A stretch of DNA of 39,287 nt, taken from IMG/VR virus record IMGVR_UViG_3300027667_000003, positions 71,606 through 110,892 of that record, one strand, 5' to 3'. The notes beneath the pieces were generated by a model. It was not told where the DNA came from. It was given only the letters and a program-made list of their open reading frames with translations, and did no database searches. Shown here in pieces: positions 35,831-39,287 of the stretch. The position numbers were made by a program, and so were the translations under genes. Origin of the DNA: a virus. Within the stretch, counting starts at the first letter, position 1. Each line of letters opens with the position of its first letter.

Positions 35831-36136
35831 ATGAACCTCAATCCTAAGCTAACACTCCGCGAACAGCTAAAGGCCGATGCCGAAGAAAAGCATCTAGATA
35901 CACATTTACCTAATGGGTGTGACTGCGACAAACCCGAGCCCGCATCCGGCCTTGCATTCGAATTGCTAACGGAATATATCGATGTCTCATTGACTCAAAC
36001 AAAAGACGGCCTCTTTAATGTCCGTAATGGCTCGAAAGTCTCAATGGGTTTAAAGTATCAGCTAGCCGGTACGGTATTAGGCCATGCGATTATGGAAGCT
36101 TTGGTTTATCAAGGCCGTATCAAACTAGTACCTTAG
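35831..36136 (+). CDS. Hypothetical protein
   Basis: 101-aa ORF. Confidence 0.6.
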   Translation: MNLNPKLTLREQLKADAEEKHLDTHLPNGCDCDKPEPASGLAFELLTEYIDVSLTQTKDGLFNVRNGSKVSMGLKYQLAGTVLGHAIMEALVYQGRIKLVP

Positions 36137-36179
36137 TACCATTGACTCCAAAAAGGAAAAGATTAGAATAAGAAACATG
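36136..36179 (+). promoter_or_regulatory. Sigma70-type early promoter, probably leaderless
   Basis: GTACCA-TTGACT-16-TAGAAT-7-ATG. Confidence 0.6.
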
Positions 36180-36254
36180 GTACCACATTTAACAATCGTG
36201 CTTCTGATAGCAGCCCTTTACGGGCTGATAAAGACTGCGCGAGGGGAAAATTAA
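36177..36254 (+). CDS. Small membrane peptide (25 aa)
   Basis: MVPHLTIVLLIAALYGLIKTARGEN; starts at the predicted +1. Confidence 0.45.
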   Translation: MVPHLTIVLLIAALYGLIKTARGEN

Positions 36255-36256
36255 AT

Positions 36257-36487
36257 ATGACTCTCCGCACAAAAACGAATCCCCGCTTAATAGCCGTCAA
36301 GAAACTAGACGGTACAATGGCAATAGGATTGCAAGGAGAAAGGCGAGCACATCCCCGCCTAGCCGGAGCATTCAAGGCCGCAGAAGATAACGCCTATGGA
36401 ATGCTTCGAAAGATCAAACCCACTAAGGCCGAAGAAAGAGCAGAGCGGGCTCAAGTATTACGCGAATTATCCAAAGAGGGTATCTAA
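36257..36487 (+). CDS. Small basic protein
   Basis: 76 aa; GAGGGG RBS. Confidence 0.65.
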   Translation: MTLRTKTNPRLIAVKKLDGTMAIGLQGERRAHPRLAGAFKAAEDNAYGMLRKIKPTKAEERAERAQVLRELSKEGI

Positions 36488-36652
36488 ATGCACACGCTCA
36501 GATACGCTTGGCTGCACATACCGACAGGTACGCGAGGCACACGCGAGGTAGAGGCCTGTTACCCCTTAGGCTGGGCTGAAACCGAGCTAAAGGCTCGTCT
36601 AGATCGATGGAATGCGCAGCAACCGGGTATTTGGCAGTACTGGAGTCTATAA
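36488..36652 (+). CDS. Small hypothetical protein (54 aa, MHTLRYAWLHIPTG...)
   Basis: GAGG RBS; abuts upstream stop. Confidence 0.6.
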   Translation: MHTLRYAWLHIPTGTRGTREVEACYPLGWAETELKARLDRWNAQQPGIWQYWSL

Positions 36653-36742
36653 CATGCGATTCCTATGCCGTTGCGGACGCGCCATGATAGCAGCCCGATT
36701 GTGCAAAAGTTGCAAGCAATTGAAGGGCCAAAGGAGCAAAAA

Positions 36743-36958
36743 TTGAGAGAATCACATAAAGAAGCTTACCGGTTAAACGCTAGGGCTACGCTTCAAATGA
36801 TTAACGCGAATGCGAATCAAGACTTTCACACGCTAAGCTCTGCGCAGATCGATGCTTTGTTGATAGAGGCAGATCGTGTCCACTATCAAAAGCCCGTTAA
36901 CGCGAATGGCTCTAGGGCTCGATACTTCTTTGCGCGGTTACAACGTCAAGCTAACTAA
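36743..36958 (+). CDS. Small hypothetical protein
   Basis: Likely TTG start at 36743 after AAGGAG; DFHTL...YQKP.NANGSRARYF motif. Confidence 0.65.
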   Translation: MRESHKEAYRLNARATLQMINANANQDFHTLSSAQIDALLIEADRVHYQKPVNANGSRARYFFARLQRQAN

Positions 36959-36959
36959 A

Positions 36960-37002
36960 GTACTATAGACTCGAAACAATCTTAATAGGATAATGAATCA
37001 TG
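36960..37002 (+). promoter_or_regulatory. Sigma70-type early promoter
   Basis: GTACTA-TAGACT-17-GATAAT-5-ATG. Confidence 0.5.
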
Positions 37003-37437
37003 GCGAAGAAGCGAGCCAAAAAATTTGACGGGATAGCGCAGCACGATTCTGGCGGATCAAGCTTATCTCGTCTCTCCTCTTGGAAAGTTATAGATGTCCT
37101 TTCTGAAAGCTTTACTTGCGAGCATTGCAAAGTTTATAGGCCTCGCAAAATTTCCTATCAAATCCAAAATAAGGCAGGCCGCAAAATGATTGTAGGTAGT
37201 TCATGCGTCAATCTGTTCGTTACTGCATCGGCATCGGACGCGGCCTTAAAACTCAAGATCGAAACTAGTTTACAGGCTCGCATTGCGGACGAATCTCACC
37301 ATATGGATATGATTGCGAATCCCGATGCAACGCTCGCACATGCCATGTGTCATCTCTATAAGATATCTGAAGAGTATACATTCTCTAGCTACGGGCTCGC
37401 AATCAATGCGTTACAGACCGCAAGAGATGGGTTATGA
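37000..37437 (+). CDS. Hypothetical protein with CxxC...VGSSC motif
   Basis: 145 aa. Confidence 0.65.
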   Translation: MAKKRAKKFDGIAQHDSGGSSLSRLSSWKVIDVLSESFTCEHCKVYRPRKISYQIQNKAGRKMIVGSSCVNLFVTASASDAALKLKIETSLQARIADESHHMDMIANPDATLAHAMCHLYKISEEYTFSSYGLAINALQTARDGL

Positions 37438-37505
37438 TAATCCTTATTTTGGCTTTAACGCTTATTTCTGCGTACTCGATGTTAGATCAAATTAGGAGGC
37501 TATAA

Positions 37506-37682
37506 ATGTTCTGCCCTGAATGCGGTAAGAAGTGCGAAACAATTAAATCCCGAGGCTGCGTATGGGTTTATAAATGCGCAGAGGATGGCTACTTTGGATA
37601 CAACGGCTATACTGAGCCCGCACAATACGAATGTTACGGCGCAGTTAATCCCTTGGACAAGGACGAGGAGCTAGGCCAATGA
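37506..37682 (+). CDS. Small zinc-finger protein (MFCPECGKKC...)
   Basis: AGGAGG RBS; 58 aa. Confidence 0.65.
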   Translation: MFCPECGKKCETIKSRGCVWVYKCAEDGYFGYNGYTEPAQYECYGAVNPLDKDEELGQ

Positions 37683-37972
37683 GCTTTATGGAAAAACAGA
37701 TTACACGGAAATGTCAATGGTATCGCGTTGAGACTTCAGCGGGTACGGAATTCGTTGATGCGGATGCGGTAGGCAAACAAGAGGTAGCAGATTCGGATGG
37801 GTTAAAGGATTATTGCGAAGGCCGTCCCATCTCTTGGGAATTGATTGAGGGGTATGGCGCAAGGTTGAGCGCACCCGGCTATTTGGATTGCACAGAATGG
37901 GCTGTATTTGACACATCCGAAGAGGCCGAAGAGTATTTAGAAGAAAACTATCCGGAGGAGCAAGGCGAATGA
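37679..37972 (+). CDS. Small acidic protein (ARLSAPGYLDCTEW motif)
   Basis: 97 aa; GAGGAG RBS; strongly acidic. Confidence 0.7.
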   Translation: MSFMEKQITRKCQWYRVETSAGTEFVDADAVGKQEVADSDGLKDYCEGRPISWELIEGYGARLSAPGYLDCTEWAVFDTSEEAEEYLEENYPEEQGE

Positions 37973-38148
37973 AAAACCTCTGTATTGACTGCGGTAAACG
38001 TCCGGCCTCAGATAATCATTTTCTGTGCTACCAATGCAAGAGTACTGACAATGCCCGCGAGTACGATCGAATAGACACGCAAAACTCGCGCATGTTCAAG
38101 CTGGCTTTTCGAGAGAATCAGGAAATTCCCACAAGGAGAGTACGCTAA
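37969..38148 (+). CDS. Small zinc-finger protein (CIDC...CYQC)
   Basis: 59 aa; GGAG RBS; overlaps with neighbours. Confidence 0.6.
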   Translation: MKNLCIDCGKRPASDNHFLCYQCKSTDNAREYDRIDTQNSRMFKLAFRENQEIPTRRVR

Positions 38149-38429
38149 TGGAATACAGAAAAGAAAAAAGTTGGCTTGCAGAACCTTGGCGCGTAAACTC
38201 TGGCATGGTAGAAACGAAACAAGGTGTGCCTATCGCTCATATGGATAGGAGTTATGACAACGGTACGCTACCCGTCGAGCGGGATGCGAATGCTAAAGCA
38301 ATCGCGGCCTTACCGGAATTAATCGACGTATTACAATGGGTAAAAAGACGTTGGGATAAGTATGACGAGGCGGACGCGCCAGAATTAGGCAGAGCAATAC
38401 GCGAAACACTCAAAAAGGCGGGTGTCTAA
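38148..38429 (+). CDS. Hypothetical protein (PW...ANA..IAA.PEL motif common in phage early proteins)
   Basis: 93 aa; AAGGAG RBS. Confidence 0.7.
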   Translation: MEYRKEKSWLAEPWRVNSGMVETKQGVPIAHMDRSYDNGTLPVERDANAKAIAALPELIDVLQWVKRRWDKYDEADAPELGRAIRETLKKAGV

Positions 38430-38608
38430 TGTCTATCAAAATATATTGCTCTACATACTGCAATTTTGGGCACATAGTTTCGACAGGAAAACCTGTTGCT
38501 CATGAATGCCGCATCATTCCGCCCACAGCGCTTAAGGCTGAGATGGCAGGAGATTTTAAGACTGCTATTAAAATCTTACAAGATACACATAAAAAGAGGG
38601 GTGTCTAA
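38429..38608 (+). CDS. Small Cys/His-containing protein (59 aa)
   Basis: TAATG overlaps on both sides. Confidence 0.55.
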   Translation: MSIKIYCSTYCNFGHIVSTGKPVAHECRIIPPTALKAEMAGDFKTAIKILQDTHKKRGV

Positions 38609-38742
38609 TGTCGGAATTCCTACGCTGGCTCTTTATCAAGATCGTCCTTTTCTATTTTGGCACCACAATGTTAGGCCTGTTTGCACTCGTAGGCGCGGCC
38701 TATTGCCTATATCGAATCATTAAATGCCGGAGGGTTTCTTGA
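38608..38742 (+). CDS. Small membrane protein (44 aa)
   Basis: MSEFLRWLFIKIVLFYFGTTMLGLFALVGAAYCLY...; GAGGGG RBS. Confidence 0.55.
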   Translation: MSEFLRWLFIKIVLFYFGTTMLGLFALVGAAYCLYRIIKCRRVS

Positions 38743-39056
38743 GTCTCACATGGCGCAAGGTAACGCTCTTCGGCCTTAACATCCCATTTCCGTTTTTGGC
38801 TCGTATCATTTTCAAGATCAATGATGCGCAACGGGATGACTTTAAACAATTTTGTGAGGGCATGGCTAACTGTGAAACCTGCCATAGATTGTTTAATACT
38901 CGTTTTTGGAATCGCTTTATCTTGCATTTACAGGACACGCACAAGATCGAGCAAGGTCACTCAATCATTATCGCCGAGCGTATAGGCAAGAGGTTGCTAT
39001 ATGCTAAGCGTTTACATCGTGAAAAGATAGCCAAGGAGGCTATTGCCAATGATTAA
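38739..39056 (+). CDS. Hypothetical protein with C2H2-like motif (CETC...HLQDTH)
   Basis: Likely TTG start at 38739 after GGAGG. Confidence 0.6.
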   Translation: MSLTWRKVTLFGLNIPFPFLARIIFKINDAQRDDFKQFCEGMANCETCHRLFNTRFWNRFILHLQDTHKIEQGHSIIIAERIGKRLLYAKRLHREKIAKEAIAND

Positions 39057-39189
39057 ATATGAGGAAGACCATTCACACGCACATCGCGAGTATTGGAATC
39101 AGATTTTAGCAGAAGTACGCGAGGAAATGAAAAATGAAGTAGAGAAAATTGCGGGCCACTCGCAAGAGGAGGATATAAACAATGGTTAA
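39049..39189 (+). CDS. Small hypothetical protein (46 aa)
   Basis: AGGAGG RBS. Confidence 0.5.
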   Translation: MIKYEEDHSHAHREYWNQILAEVREEMKNEVEKIAGHSQEEDINNG

Positions 39190-39287
39190 GACGATTCAAC
39201 AATTAGCAGAAGAACTAAACAACGCATTAACCCACGACAAGCGCAACGACGCTCAAGAATTCGTACACCTCAAAGACGGTTCACCCT
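39182..39287 (+). CDS. Hypothetical protein, truncated by window end (MVKTIQQLAEELNNAL...)
   Basis: GAGGAGG RBS; open to the edge. Confidence 0.55.
   Translation, partial: MVKTIQQLAEELNNALTHDKRNDAQEFVHLKDGSP

Noticed and set aside
39182-39287. Possible Ocr-like anti-restriction protein
   Set aside because: Only 35 codons visible; resemblance too weak to call
1-39287. CRISPR array, DGR, integrase, terminase small subunit, endolysin
   Set aside because: No repeat-spacer array, reverse transcriptase, recombinase or recognisable TerS or lysin motifs found by eye

Overview
Fragment of a tailed dsDNA phage genome with podovirus-like head/tail organisation. Positions 1-33.0 kb are one leftward (minus-strand) late region. 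In transcription order it holds many small proteins, a Pth2-like hydrolase plus an aberrant tRNA-Lys, a DUF3494 ice-binding-domain protein, GroES, a histidine phosphatase split by a +1 frameshift, a holin-like protein, a secreted trypsin-like protease, terminase large subunit, portal, scaffold, a major capsid gene interrupted by a 239-nt ORF-less group I intron, fibre/decoration proteins, two paralogous adaptor-like proteins and a large tail protein truncated at the window edge. A ~1.1-kb divergent non-coding region (33.07-34.19 kb) carries two GGTGACAC-N10-GTGTCACC palindromes and IHF-like sites, followed by rightward small early genes with repeated promoters. Five free-standing homing endonuclease genes are present. 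The most striking observation is that four of them, of different nuclease architectures, are each preceded by the same two-hairpin kissing-loop RNA architecture, with different but fully complementary loops, that buries the Shine-Dalgarno sequence. Several other late intergenic spacers also look like structured RNAs. All calls come from manual reading; no database searches were run.
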